DNA from: Candidatus Eiseniibacteriota bacterium
Lineage (GTDB): Bacteria > Eisenbacteria > RBG-16-71-46 > JABDJR01
NCBI GenBank assembly: GCA_963762255.1
Contig: CAVXKA010000001.1
Location: forward strand, 864,001-928,000
Direction of reading: 5' to 3'
DNA: 64,000 nt
Shown: positions 1-9,884 of the stretch, in pieces
Position numbering within the stretch: the stretch's first letter is position 1
Layout: each line of letters opens with the position of its first letter
The notes under the pieces: model-generated
The model's input: the letters and a program-made list of their open reading frames with translations, nothing else
The model's database searches: none
What the model was told of the DNA's origin: nothing
Translations under genes and position numbers: made by a program

Positions 1-68
1 GGCGCTCCGGCCGGAAGATACCGTCTTCCGGGAACCTCACCTGACTTATCAGGAGGAAAACAGATCCG

Positions 69-1289
69 ATGGCCCTCGATGTGATGTTGGCGCGCGCCCA
101 ATTTCCGGCGCTTGCCGGCGAGTGGATCTTCATGGACAACGCGGGCGGGACCCAGGTGCCGCTGCAGGTGGTTGATTCGGTCCGCGAGTATCTCTTGCGT
201 ACCAACGTGCAGCACGGTGCGAGCTACGAGGTGTCCAAGAAGTCGGAAGAGGTGGTGTGGAACGCTCGACGGCTCATGGCGGATCTGATCGGAGCGGCCC
301 CGGACGAGATCGTCTTCGGCGCCAACGCCAGCCAGCTATTCCGCATGCTCGCGCTCACGCTGAGCGCGGGTTGGGAGCCGGGTGACGAGGTGATCGTGAC
401 GCAGGCCGAGCACGAGGCCAACGTGGGGTGCTGGGAGTACCTCGAGCAATTCGGCATCGTGATCAAGACCTGGGAGATCGATCCCGAGAAGTACACGTTC
501 GAGCTGGACAAGCTCACCGACCTCATGACCGACAAGACCCGGCTGATCGCGGTGCACCACTCCAGCAACATCCTCGGCAACGTGATGCCGGTCAAGGAAG
601 TGGTCAACCTCGCCCGCGGTGCCGGCGCGCTGACCTGCGTGGACGGCGTTGGGTACGTGCCGCATCGGTTCCTGGATGTGAAGAACCTCGGCGCGGACTT
701 CTACATCTTCTCGACCTACAAGCTGTTCGGGCCCCATCTGGGAGTGATGTACGGCAAGTCGGAGCTCTTGAAGAAGGCGCCGCGCTGGAACCACTTCTTC
801 ATCGACGACGACAAGGTGCCCGACAAGTTCGAACTGGGGTGCACCCCCTACGAATCCGCCGCGGGGCTGAACGGTCTGGAGCGATACTTCCGCGCCCTGG
901 CCAAGCGCTTCACCGGCCCGGTGCGGGAGGTCTTCGAGGGCGTCTACGAGGACATCGCCGCCCACGAGCTGCGTCTCACCCGTGACCTGCTCAACTACCT
1001 GCACAACAAGCCACGCGTTCACGTCGTAGGCGACGGCGATCCGCGGCACGCCTCGGAGCGGTTGCCCGTCATCTCCTTCGTGGTGGACGACGCGGATCCC
1101 GAGGAGTTGGTGAAGGAGATCGACAAGAGCCGGATCGGGATGCGGTGGGGGCACTTCTACGCCGTGCGGTTGCTCAACGCGCTAGACCTCTTGCAGTACA
1201 AGGGGGTCGTGCGAGTGAGCCTCGTCCACTACAACACCGAGGCCGAAGTCGCGCGGCTCAAGGACGTGCTCGACAAGCTCGTTTCGTAG
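69..1289 (+). CDS. Cysteine desulfurase-like PLP enzyme (aminotransferase class V)
   Basis: FMDNAGGTQVP, EHEANV, PLP-lysine motif FSTYKLFGPHLG, C-terminal GVVRVSLVHYNT; AGGAGG RBS upstream. Confidence 0.9.
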   Translation: MALDVMLARAQFPALAGEWIFMDNAGGTQVPLQVVDSVREYLLRTNVQHGASYEVSKKSEEVVWNARRLMADLIGAAPDEIVFGANASQLFRMLALTLSAGWEPGDEVIVTQAEHEANVGCWEYLEQFGIVIKTWEIDPEKYTFELDKLTDLMTDKTRLIAVHHSSNILGNVMPVKEVVNLARGAGALTCVDGVGYVPHRFLDVKNLGADFYIFSTYKLFGPHLGVMYGKSELLKKAPRWNHFFIDDDKVPDKFELGCTPYESAAGLNGLERYFRALAKRFTGPVREVFEGVYEDIAAHELRLTRDLLNYLHNKPRVHVVGDGDPRHASERLPVISFVVDDADPEELVKEIDKSRIGMRWGHFYAVRLLNALDLLQYKGVVRVSLVHYNTEAEVARLKDVLDKLVS

Positions 1290-1293
1290 CGCG

Positions 1294-1791
1294 CTACGCG
1301 TCGTCCGCGGCCACGGATTCCAGGTAGCTCGAGAGCGGCATCGCCTTGGCATGGCGAGCGGCGCGGATCAGCTCCGCGTAGGGGCCGGGGAAGTCGCCGG
1401 GCGAGAGGCGGAACCTCGGTTGGCCCAGCGCGTGCGTCTCCGGCGCCAGCCGCCCCGCGAACCTGGCCAGGATCTCCTCGCGGATGTCCACGCGGCTGGG
1501 GAGAATCACTTCCAGGACCAGCTCGGTCTCGCCGCTGAGCGGCCGGTACACCGCGGCGTAGTTCTTCGATGTGCGCCACCGACGCAGATGCACGGGCAGG
1601 CTGAACATCGCCACGCGGTCGGCGACCCCCTCCCAGTCCTGCGTGTGGCAGCGGCCGTCCTGATCCCATAGGAAGCGGCAGACGGCGCGACCGAGCGCGG
1701 CCAGCTCGGGGGAGGAGTCCGCGAAGAACTCGTCCAGCACGACCGACTGGAATTTGCCGACCGCAAATATCTGTTCGCTCTCCATGGACAT
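1294..1791 (-). CDS. Hypothetical protein (165 aa)
   Basis: Protein-like composition; GGAGG RBS upstream of ATG; fills the gap between the convergent desulfurase and the divergent XRE gene. Confidence 0.7.
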   Translation of the reverse strand: MSMESEQIFAVGKFQSVVLDEFFADSSPELAALGRAVCRFLWDQDGRCHTQDWEGVADRVAMFSLPVHLRRWRTSKNYAAVYRPLSGETELVLEVILPSRVDIREEILARFAGRLAPETHALGQPRFRLSPGDFPGPYAELIRAARHAKAMPLSSYLESVAADDA

Positions 1792-1840
1792 GACCGTGCC
1801 TCCGGGCTAAAGTCGCCGAGGAAGCCAAGCTACCAGAGAT

Positions 1841-2962
1841 TTGCCCTCGGCACAATCAGGCCACTGGAGGACGCTCGTGAACGACTCCGCAGCCAGCCCG
1901 CCCGCACCACTATCCCGGGGAGAGATGGAGTGGCGCCAGTGGCTCAACGATCCCGGCGTGCCGGAGACGCCCGAGTGGGTGCCCCTGCTTTCGCGGGAGA
2001 CGGGCCGCCTGATGCAGGCCGGCGACGTGGGCGGTGCAGTGCGGCTGCTGGAGCAGGCGGTGAGCCCCGCGAGCCCGGTCTTCGACGCACTCACCGGTCC
2101 CAAGGCGCGCGATCTGGCCGCGCGCTTGAAGCGCGGCTGGATGGACGCGCATCCCGAGGGCATCGCCGCTCGCGATCCGTGGGACGAGCGCTTTCGCGAG
2201 GCGCATGCCGTTCTCGAACGATGGGTCCGCTATCGCAAGCAGCGGCGGACGGAGCCCGCGGACGCCGAGACCGGAACGACGGCGGCACCGGCGGTGTCGG
2301 AGGAAGCCAACGAGGCGTTCTTCCGCCAGTGGGTGCTCACACCGCTCCGTGAGAATTTTCTGCGCGTGATGGACGATCGCGGTTTGACCCGCCGCCAGTT
2401 CTGTTCGTCGCTCGGCATCAGCGAGGCATATCTCTCGCAGATCCTCAACGGCCGGAGGAATCCCTCGCTACGAAAGCTCGCCGACATCTCGCGGGCGCTG
2501 GAGGTGGATCTGGGTCGGTTGTTCGCGGTGCGGTTGCGAGCGAGCGGGGACTCGCCGTGGTCGTCCGATGCGGCGAAGCCCGAGCCCGGCGACACCGGAA
2601 GCTGGTATCCGGGCAAGGTCTCACGACCCTACGCCGCGCTCGAGGAGCACTACCGGCTCGTGTTCTATCCCGGCCCCGACCTCCCCGGCGAGAAGATCGT
2701 GGCGCGGTCGTTTCTCGTCGTCGATCCGGTGCCGGGGGAGCTGAAGTTCGAGCAGCGCTACGCGCTCGAGGACGAAGCCGACGTGGTGGTGGTGGCGTCG
2801 TTCGCGGGGACGATGGCGGCGGGGCGCAAGCATCGCTTCATGACCGGCGACGGGCGTACGCTGGAGGTGCCGGTCGTCGATCCGACGCGGGGCACGCTGC
2901 GCGCGACGAAGGGCGAGCCGTGGTTGCTGGGGCGGATTGCGGGGACATTGGTGGAATTCTAG
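1841..2962 (+). CDS. XRE-family HTH protein with long N-terminal extension and beta-rich C-terminal domain
   Basis: Central HTH_3-like segment RGLTRRQFCSSLGISEAYLSQILNGRRNPSLRKLADISRALEV; start uncertain (TTG 1841 or ATG 1925). Confidence 0.75.
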   Translation: MPSAQSGHWRTLVNDSAASPPAPLSRGEMEWRQWLNDPGVPETPEWVPLLSRETGRLMQAGDVGGAVRLLEQAVSPASPVFDALTGPKARDLAARLKRGWMDAHPEGIAARDPWDERFREAHAVLERWVRYRKQRRTEPADAETGTTAAPAVSEEANEAFFRQWVLTPLRENFLRVMDDRGLTRRQFCSSLGISEAYLSQILNGRRNPSLRKLADISRALEVDLGRLFAVRLRASGDSPWSSDAAKPEPGDTGSWYPGKVSRPYAALEEHYRLVFYPGPDLPGEKIVARSFLVVDPVPGELKFEQRYALEDEADVVVVASFAGTMAAGRKHRFMTGDGRTLEVPVVDPTRGTLRATKGEPWLLGRIAGTLVEF

Positions 2963-3015
2963 GCGCGCACGGTCATGCGCGATGCGCCGCTTCGCGACTC
3001 GCCCGTCGTCCTCGC

Positions 3016-3045
3016 CGAAGGGGCCCCCGCTTCGCGGCCCTTCGG
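3016..3045. terminator. GC-rich hairpin between convergent genes, possible bidirectional terminator
   Basis: CCGAAGGG...CCCTTCGG inverted repeat in the 2963-3099 intergenic gap; no U-tract. Confidence 0.4.
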
Positions 3046-3099
3046 ACTGCGGCCGACGGGCGACCCGCTACGCGGCGACTCGACGCCCGCTACGCACCG

Positions 3100-3819
3100 T
3101 CATTCCCCAGGCACCTGATTCTTGAACTGCAAACGCACGATCGGATCTTCGGTGTCGCCGCCGCCCTCGGCGATCAACCGCGCGATGAACCGGCCCACCT
3201 CGTCCGCGGTAAGCCACTCGGGTCCGCCCTTCGGCGCCGCGCGCGTGATGATGGATGTCTCCAATACCACCGACCTATAGGTCACGCCGTCCGGGCGGCC
3301 CTCCGCAGCGAGCACGCGGGCGAGCATGAGCAGACCGGACCCCGCGATCGAGACCAGGCCTGAGTTCGGCACCGGATAGTACGCGGACGCGCCGTTGACG
3401 ATGATGTACGTCCCGTGATGCTCGGCGAGCGATGGCGCGAAGGCGCGCGCGCAGACGAAGTGCGAGACGAGGCGCTCGCTCAGCACGCCGTCCCACGTGG
3501 CGAGATCGACGTCGGCAAGCGCGGGGCCCTGCCACCACCCGCCGAGCGCGGCCACCACGGCGTCCAGCGGGCCGAGCTTTGCAGCGACGTGTGCGCGCAG
3601 ACGCTCAGCGTCGGCTGGGTCGCCGACATCGCCCACGAGCGGGATCAAACGCCCGCCTGCACCAGGCTGCAAGTGGGCACCCAGTTCGGCGAGCTTGGCT
3701 TCGGACCGCGAGGGGACGATCACCCGCGCGCCGCCGCGCAGGAGCGCCCCAACGATGCCCTCGCCTACCGCTCCAGCGCCCCCCGCCACCAGCATCAGCG
3801 TGCCTTCGAGATCGCGCAT
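3100..3819 (-). CDS. Short-chain dehydrogenase/reductase (SDR)
   Basis: C-terminal part of ORF 3100..6222; MRDLEGTLMLVAGGAGAVGEG Rossmann motif, GDVGD, LDAVVAALGG; AGGAG RBS before ATG 3819. Confidence 0.85.
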   Translation of the reverse strand: MRDLEGTLMLVAGGAGAVGEGIVGALLRGGARVIVPSRSEAKLAELGAHLQPGAGGRLIPLVGDVGDPADAERLRAHVAAKLGPLDAVVAALGGWWQGPALADVDLATWDGVLSERLVSHFVCARAFAPSLAEHHGTYIIVNGASAYYPVPNSGLVSIAGSGLLMLARVLAAEGRPDGVTYRSVVLETSIITRAAPKGGPEWLTADEVGRFIARLIAEGGGDTEDPIVRLQFKNQVPGE

Positions 3820-3939
3820 GTCCGGCTCCTTTCTGGATAGCTCAAAGTATGGCGACGCAGCGGCGAGGTCGCAATCACTCGGCGAAGCCCGTACAATTCG
3901 GACGATACCCCACCGCCCCAACCCAAGTGAGGTTTCGCC

Positions 3940-5817
3940 ATGCGCGCCTTCCTGAGTTCCTGTCTCCTTGCGGCGTTCTGTCTGGTGCTGGCCGGTTCCG
4001 CCTTCGGCCAGGCCGGCGACGTCCCTGAACGCAAGGACATCGATCCCAAGTACAAGTGGCGGCTCGAAGACATCTATGCGACCGACCAGGCGTGGGAATC
4101 GGATTTCGCCAAGCTCGAGAAGATGCTCCCGGATATCGGCGCCTTCAAGGGCCGGCTCGGCGACAGCGGCGCGGTTCTCCTGGACGCGCTGCGCAAGCGC
4201 GACGAGATCGGCCTCATCCAGGACCGTCTCCTCGTCTTCGCGGGCATGCGCTACGACGAGGACACCCGCATCGACAAGTACGCGGGCATGCGTGACCGGA
4301 TCAACATGCTCGGCAGCCGGCTGAGCGAGGCTGGCTCCTACTTCGTGCCGGAAGTGCTCCAGATCCCGCGCGATCAACTCTGGAAGATGGTGGAGACCAC
4401 GAAGGGACTCGAGCTCTATCGCCACTACCTCGACGACATCGTGCGCGGCGCCGCTCACACCCTGAGCGCGAACGAGGAAGCGCTCCTGGCCGCGGCCGGA
4501 CCCGCCACCGGCGCGTACTCCTCGGTCTTCGGCGCCTTCCAGAACTCCGACATCAAGTTCGGCACCATGAAGGACGAAGAGGGGAACGAGATCGAGTTGA
4601 GCCAGGGCCGCTACTATCGGTTCCAGGAGTCCTCCGACCGTCGCGTGCGCGAGGAGTCGTGGAAGCTCTTCTATCAGGCCTACCGGGAGTTCGGTCGCAC
4701 GCTTGCCGCGAACATGTCCGGCAACATCAAGACCGACGTGTTCTACGCGCGGGCGCGCAAGTACGACTCGGCGCTGGAGTCTTCCCTCGACGCCAACGCG
4801 ATCCCGGTGTCGGTCTACAAGAACCTCATCAAGGCCACTCGCGACAACATCAAGCCGCTCCACCGCTACGTGGCCATGCGCAAGCAGGCGCTGGGCGTGG
4901 ACACGCTTCGCACGTGGGACATGGCGGCGCCGCTCGCTCCGCGTCTCGAGAAGCAGATCGCCTTCGACGACGCGCTCACGATGGTGACCGCCGGCTTGCA
5001 GCCGCTGGGCCCCGAGTACCTCACGCCGTTCAAAGAGGCGTTCGACCAGGGATGGGTGGACGTCTACGAGACGCAGGGCAAGCGCGGCGGGGCCTACTCG
5101 TGGGGTTCCTACTCCACCAAGCCGTACCTGCTCTTGAACTACAACGGCACCCTGAACGACGCCTTCACGCTGGGGCACGAGATGGGGCACTCGATGCACT
5201 CGTACTTCGCGCGCAAGAACCAGCCCTATATCTACGGCGGCTACTCTCTGTTCGTGGCCGAGGTGGCGTCGACCACGAACGAGGCGCTCATCATCGAGAA
5301 GATGCTGAAGGAGACGACGGATCACGCCGAGCGGATCGCGCTCCTGAATCACTACCTCGAGCAGATTCGGGGCACGTTCTTCACCCAGATCATGTTCGCC
5401 GACTTCGAGCTGCAGATGCACGAGATGGTGGAGCGCGGCGAGCCGCTGACCAAGGAGGCGCTCGACACGGCGTACCAGGACATCTACGCGCTCTACTTCG
5501 GTCCGTCGGTGGTGGCCCCCGAACTGAACGGCGCCACCTGGAGCCGCATCCCGCACTTCTATCGCAACTTCTATGTGTTCCAGTACGCCACGGCGTACGC
5601 GGCGGCGACCGCCCTGTCGCAGAAGATCCTCGACGAGGGGAAGCCGGCGGTGGACGGGTACCTGGCGTTCCTGAAGGCAGGGAGCAGCGAGTACCCGATC
5701 GACGTGCTGAAGAAGGCCGGAGTGGACCTGACCACGCCCGCGCCGTTCGTGGCCACGATCCAGACCTTCGACCGGCTGGTCACGGAGATGGAGACCGAGC
5801 TGGCGAAGGGGAATTAG
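3940..5817 (+). CDS. pepF: Oligoendopeptidase F (M3B) with N-terminal signal peptide
   Basis: KYKWRLEDIY, GKRGGAYS, zinc motif HEMGHSMHS, AEVASTTNE, WSRIPHFY. Confidence 0.93.
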   Translation: MRAFLSSCLLAAFCLVLAGSAFGQAGDVPERKDIDPKYKWRLEDIYATDQAWESDFAKLEKMLPDIGAFKGRLGDSGAVLLDALRKRDEIGLIQDRLLVFAGMRYDEDTRIDKYAGMRDRINMLGSRLSEAGSYFVPEVLQIPRDQLWKMVETTKGLELYRHYLDDIVRGAAHTLSANEEALLAAAGPATGAYSSVFGAFQNSDIKFGTMKDEEGNEIELSQGRYYRFQESSDRRVREESWKLFYQAYREFGRTLAANMSGNIKTDVFYARARKYDSALESSLDANAIPVSVYKNLIKATRDNIKPLHRYVAMRKQALGVDTLRTWDMAAPLAPRLEKQIAFDDALTMVTAGLQPLGPEYLTPFKEAFDQGWVDVYETQGKRGGAYSWGSYSTKPYLLLNYNGTLNDAFTLGHEMGHSMHSYFARKNQPYIYGGYSLFVAEVASTTNEALIIEKMLKETTDHAERIALLNHYLEQIRGTFFTQIMFADFELQMHEMVERGEPLTKEALDTAYQDIYALYFGPSVVAPELNGATWSRIPHFYRNFYVFQYATAYAAATALSQKILDEGKPAVDGYLAFLKAGSSEYPIDVLKKAGVDLTTPAPFVATIQTFDRLVTEMETELAKGN

Positions 5818-5835
5818 AGTTCGAGTGAACGGTCG

Positions 5836-5870
5836 AGCGCCCGGGGCCCGCGAGGCTCCGGGCGCTTCTT
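5836..5870 (+). terminator. Intrinsic terminator after pepF
   Basis: AGCGCCCGGGGCC-CGCGA-GGCTCCGGGCGCT hairpin followed by TCTT. Confidence 0.55.
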
Positions 5871-5879
5871 GAAAGGCCC

Positions 5880-8013
5880 ATGGCCCGACTGCATCCGGCG
5901 AATCTCGACGGGTTGACCCCCACGCGGGGCGAAGAACAGGTCTTCGCCCACCTGAAGCGCATGCTCGCGCCGGATGATGAGCATTGGGTCTGGTACGAGC
6001 CGCTCGTGGCGGGTAAGCGCGGACGGCGCACGCCGGACTTCGTGATCCTGGGGCCGGCGCACGGCGTGGTGGTGCTGGAGGTGAAGGACTGGAGTGCGCC
6101 GTCGGTGGTGCGCGGCGAGTCCACGGATATCTGGGTGCGCGAGGGGGAGAACGAGCGGCGCGAGACGCACCCCGAGAAACAGGCGCGCGAGGCGAGCTAC
6201 GCGGTGCGCGACGCCCTCTCACGGGTGCCGCAGCTCAAGCACGAGACGGGCGAGCACGAGGGACAACTGGTCCTGCCCGTCAACTACGGCGTGGCGTTCC
6301 CGCACATGACCCGCCGCGACGTGGCGCGCCTGGCCAAGCGAGGCGTCCCGATCCACCCCGACAAGTGCCTGACCCGCGAGGATCTCGAACGCCAGGATGA
6401 AGAGGGGACGCGGCGGTTGCTTGCCGGGCTCAAGCGCCTCTGCGACGTCTGCTTTCCGTTTGAGTTGGACGACGCGCTCCGCAACCGCGTACGCACCGCG
6501 ATCGAGCCGCAGACGCACTTCTTCGATCTGCGCGAGGAGGGGGCGGGCGACGCGGAGCACGCGGCGGCGGTGGGCGCCGCGCGGGCGGGGTTGATCCCGG
6601 ATACGACCGGCGCCGCGGAAACGCCCCCGACCGGGGGGGCCCAGGTCACCCGCGTCCCGCTCCCCGAGTTCGCCGGCTTCTTCCTCGACGACAAGCAGGA
6701 GCGGATGGCGCGACAGCTCGCTTCGCCGCGCACGCTGGTGTATGGCCCCGCCGGCAGCGGCAAGACGATCTTCCTGGTCGCGCGCGCACACTACTGGCTC
6801 GACCAGAAGCCCGACGCGCGCGTGCTCTTCACGTGCTACAACGCAAGCCTCGCCTCGCACCTGCGCAGCGTCTTCGCGGTGAAGGGGATCGCGCCCGACG
6901 GGGAACGGCTCACCGTGCGCCACTACCACGAACTCTGCGGCGCGATCCTGGGCATGGCGGACATTCACGAGCGCTCGCCTGAGTTCTACGCGACATTGGA
7001 GCCCAAGGTCTTGCAGGAGTTGGTCCGCCGCGAGGACACGCCGGTCTTCGATTGCATCCTGGTGGACGAAGGGCAGGACTTCACGCGCCGCATGATGGAG
7101 GTGCTGGTGCGCCTCTCCGCCGAGGGTGGCGAGATCACGGTCGTGTGCGATCCCGCGCAGGACATCTACGGGCGATGGAGCGTGGACAACCTCGCCCCCA
7201 TGCGCGATCACGCGACCGAGCATCTCGTCGACTGTTATCGCAACACTGCGCCGATCTTCGCGCTCGCGCTTGGCGGTGCTCTCCGAGGAGACCCGCGAGG
7301 CGATGGGGCTCAACCGTCTGGGCCTCACAAGGCCGGAGGACATGAAGCGCTTCGGGCCGCCGCCTGAGTTGGTGCCGCTCGAAGGGCTCGACGATCTCAT
7401 CACGCTCATCCACGGCGTCACCCAGGAGTTCGACGCGCGCGGGACGTCGCTCGGCGATCTCGCGATCCTCTACCCCGACCGGCACGCGATCCCGAACTTT
7501 GCCGGGCGGCTCGCGCACTCACGCTGGCAGAGCGCGGCGGATCCTCGGTTCGTGCACGCGGTGGAAGACGCGGTCGAGGATCCCGCCGACGCCGCGTTCG
7601 GCACGCTGATGCCGGACACGGAGCGCGATCTGGGAGTGGAGCCGGAACCGGCGCATTTCGCGGATGCGTTGGAGCGCGAGCTGCGCGGGCGAGGGATCCC
7701 GGTCGAGTGGGTGACGCGCGACTTCGCGTCCAAGGCGGCCTACGACATCTCGCGGGCGCGGCTGACGCTCTCCACCGTGCACAGCGCGAAGGGGATGGAC
7801 TTCCATACCGTGATTCTCCTGGGCGCGGAGAGTTTGGCGGTGAAGGCGGGCCGTGATCGGGATCGCGCGGCATCGCTCCTCTTCACCGGCGCGACGCGGG
7901 CGAGGGAGCGACTCATCCTGCCGTACTTCCTCGACCGTGGATGGGTGCCGGAGCTTCGCGAGCGCCTGCGGGAGATCGCCGAGGACCCGCACCTGCGGGG
8001 GGGGCGGGCGTAG
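5880..8013 (+). CDS. NERD nuclease + UvrD-like SF1 helicase fusion, split by a one-base frameshift at ~7270
   Basis: NERD PDFVIL..LEVKDW, Walker A GPAGSGKT, DEGQDF and YRNT in ORF 5880..7367; motifs V/VI STVHSAKGMDF and TGATRARERL in ORF 7126..8013; removing one T at 7270-7271 joins the frames (IFALALAVLSEE). Confidence 0.85.
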
Positions 8014-8405
8014 GCGCTCACCCGCCCGCCGGCGCTGCCACCAGTGGCTGACGTGGTCAGCCTCTGTGGTGGGAAGATGGGTAGGATCGTCTACCCCAGG
8101 TTGGCCGGATTCGCAGGTCGCGCTGGATCTCCCCCGAACAGCCCGTTACGCGGGGGTCAAGGGGGTGACGGGCGACGATACACTACTTAAATAGTCGTTT
8201 ATTCTCTTTGCGTTTCGGCAACTTTGGATTATCTTGTCCACCATTCCCCATCTCGATGGGCCGCGCACAGAGCATTGCAGGGCGGCTCTCCGCTCACCGG
8301 TGAAGGGAGTTCGCACAGGACAGCGCGTCCGACGTCCACGGGGAAGCTGCACGCCCCTCGGACGTGTCGCGAACACAGATGGAAAGACCGACGCGAGGAG
8401 ACCTG

Positions 8406-9398
8406 ATGTCGACACGAACTGTGGCGGTTCTTGCCACGATCGCGGTGTTCTTCGAGCTGCTATGCGGCTCCGTCCGGTCATGTTCCGCAGGCGTCGCAAG
8501 CTGGTCCCCCGGAAATTTCCACTCAGAGGTCTCTTGGTATGAAAGCGGCGGCTACGGCGACGACGCTTACCTATCCCTCGACCCGGTCATCGGCAGTCTT
8601 GAAGAAACCGTCGTCCTGCAGGATAGCCTCGGGATCGCCTGGAACGACTGGGCGCCGGTCGCCTATGGGAGCGCAAACACGCGGTACAAAGTGACGCTGT
8701 CCGCGGCAGGCGTTGACGCGATCTTCTGGTCCGGCGCATCTGCGTTCGCGTCGTACGAATGTCCATGCTACGTGACCGCGAGCGGGACGAACTCCTTGAC
8801 CTACTACAGATTTGTGCTGGACTCGCCGACGGACGTGTCCCTGTCGGTCGCCACGGATAACCCCGGAGAGCTCGGGTGGAACGATGGTGGTCAGGTCGCA
8901 GCAAACGTCTATCCGTACGCAGGCTGGACGCCGCTCTTCTCGGAACCTCCCTTCAATGCCGTGCCCAGCGGCTTCTTCACCGAGACCCGCGAACTCCCTG
9001 CGGGAGACTATCGGTTCGGAGCAACCTCGTCCGCCTCTGCAATCGGCCAGGGGGGAGCCGGCGCGCACGGGGTCAGCACGCACGTCATCCTGAGCTTCGC
9101 CACTCCGACGGGCGTGGCTGAACAACCGCTTGGGAGGATACGGGCAACTGTGGTGCTGACCCCGAACCCCTCACACGGTAGGAGCTCGCTCACCTACGTG
9201 ATGCCCTACTCCGGTGAGGTGGATGTGTCGCTGTTCAGCATCGACGGGAGACGCGTCGAGACCCTTGCGCACGGTGTCAGACCGGAGGGGCGGACGACCA
9301 TGGACTGGCAATGTGTCCGACCCCTTTCGGGAATCTTCTTTGTTCGAATGACAGGCAGGGACTTCGTCGCGTCTTGCCGCGTCGTGATGCTGAGGTAG
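8406..9398 (+). CDS. Secreted protein with C-terminal FlgD/T9SS type A-like sorting domain
   Basis: GAGGAG RBS; signal-like N-terminus; C-terminus PNPSHGRSSLTY..VSLFSIDGRRV..W..SGIFFVRM..RVVMLR. Confidence 0.8.
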   Translation: MSTRTVAVLATIAVFFELLCGSVRSCSAGVASWSPGNFHSEVSWYESGGYGDDAYLSLDPVIGSLEETVVLQDSLGIAWNDWAPVAYGSANTRYKVTLSAAGVDAIFWSGASAFASYECPCYVTASGTNSLTYYRFVLDSPTDVSLSVATDNPGELGWNDGGQVAANVYPYAGWTPLFSEPPFNAVPSGFFTETRELPAGDYRFGATSSASAIGQGGAGAHGVSTHVILSFATPTGVAEQPLGRIRATVVLTPNPSHGRSSLTYVMPYSGEVDVSLFSIDGRRVETLAHGVRPEGRTTMDWQCVRPLSGIFFVRMTGRDFVASCRVVMLR

Positions 9399-9458
9399 GA
9401 GCGAGGCGACACGGGGCCCTCGGTACAGGTCGGAGTTCAACCTCCACCCAGGAGTCCG

Positions 9459-9665
9459 GTGATGAACCTGAAAGGCATGCTGCTCACGCTGGCAGTTGTG
9501 GGCTACGTCCCCTTCTCGATCTGGCTTTGGTCGCGTGGCGCTCGAATGGAACGCAGGTTGAGGAAGTACGACTTCGAGCACAGGGGTGCGGCGGGTGTGG
9601 GGTTCGCTACATTCGAAGATTCAGGAGGGCACGCACGCCAGTGGAGACAGGCCAAGCAAGCATAG
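9459..9665 (+). CDS. Small membrane protein
   Basis: AGGAG RBS; one hydrophobic helix followed by a basic tail. Confidence 0.45.
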   Translation: MMNLKGMLLTLAVVGYVPFSIWLWSRGARMERRLRKYDFEHRGAAGVGFATFEDSGGHARQWRQAKQA

Positions 9666-9884
9666 AAGCTGGCTGCGACACTGATGAGTGTCTGGGTCTT
9701 GCCCCTCCTGCTTGTCTCTATCTTCTTGCTGCTCCGAGGTTGCGCTCGCTGATTCGGTGCTCTCTCGCCGCCATCAGCCGGCTGGATTCACAAGCCGGCC
9801 TTCCTTGGCTCCCCACCCGCTCGGGGTCTTCACCCGCCTCACACCGGAGCCGGCGCTCGTCGCGCGATTCGCGGTCGGCTCCCC

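Noticed and set aside
3820-6222. 1040-aa minus-strand ORF 3100..6222 as a single giant protein
   Set aside because: Only the last 239 aa (SDR) look like protein; the rest is the antisense shadow of pepF and the NERD gene, expected at high GC.
7255-7285. Programmed ribosomal frameshift in the NERD helicase
   Set aside because: No slippery sequence; a single extra T explains it, and a second indel in the window points to assembly error.
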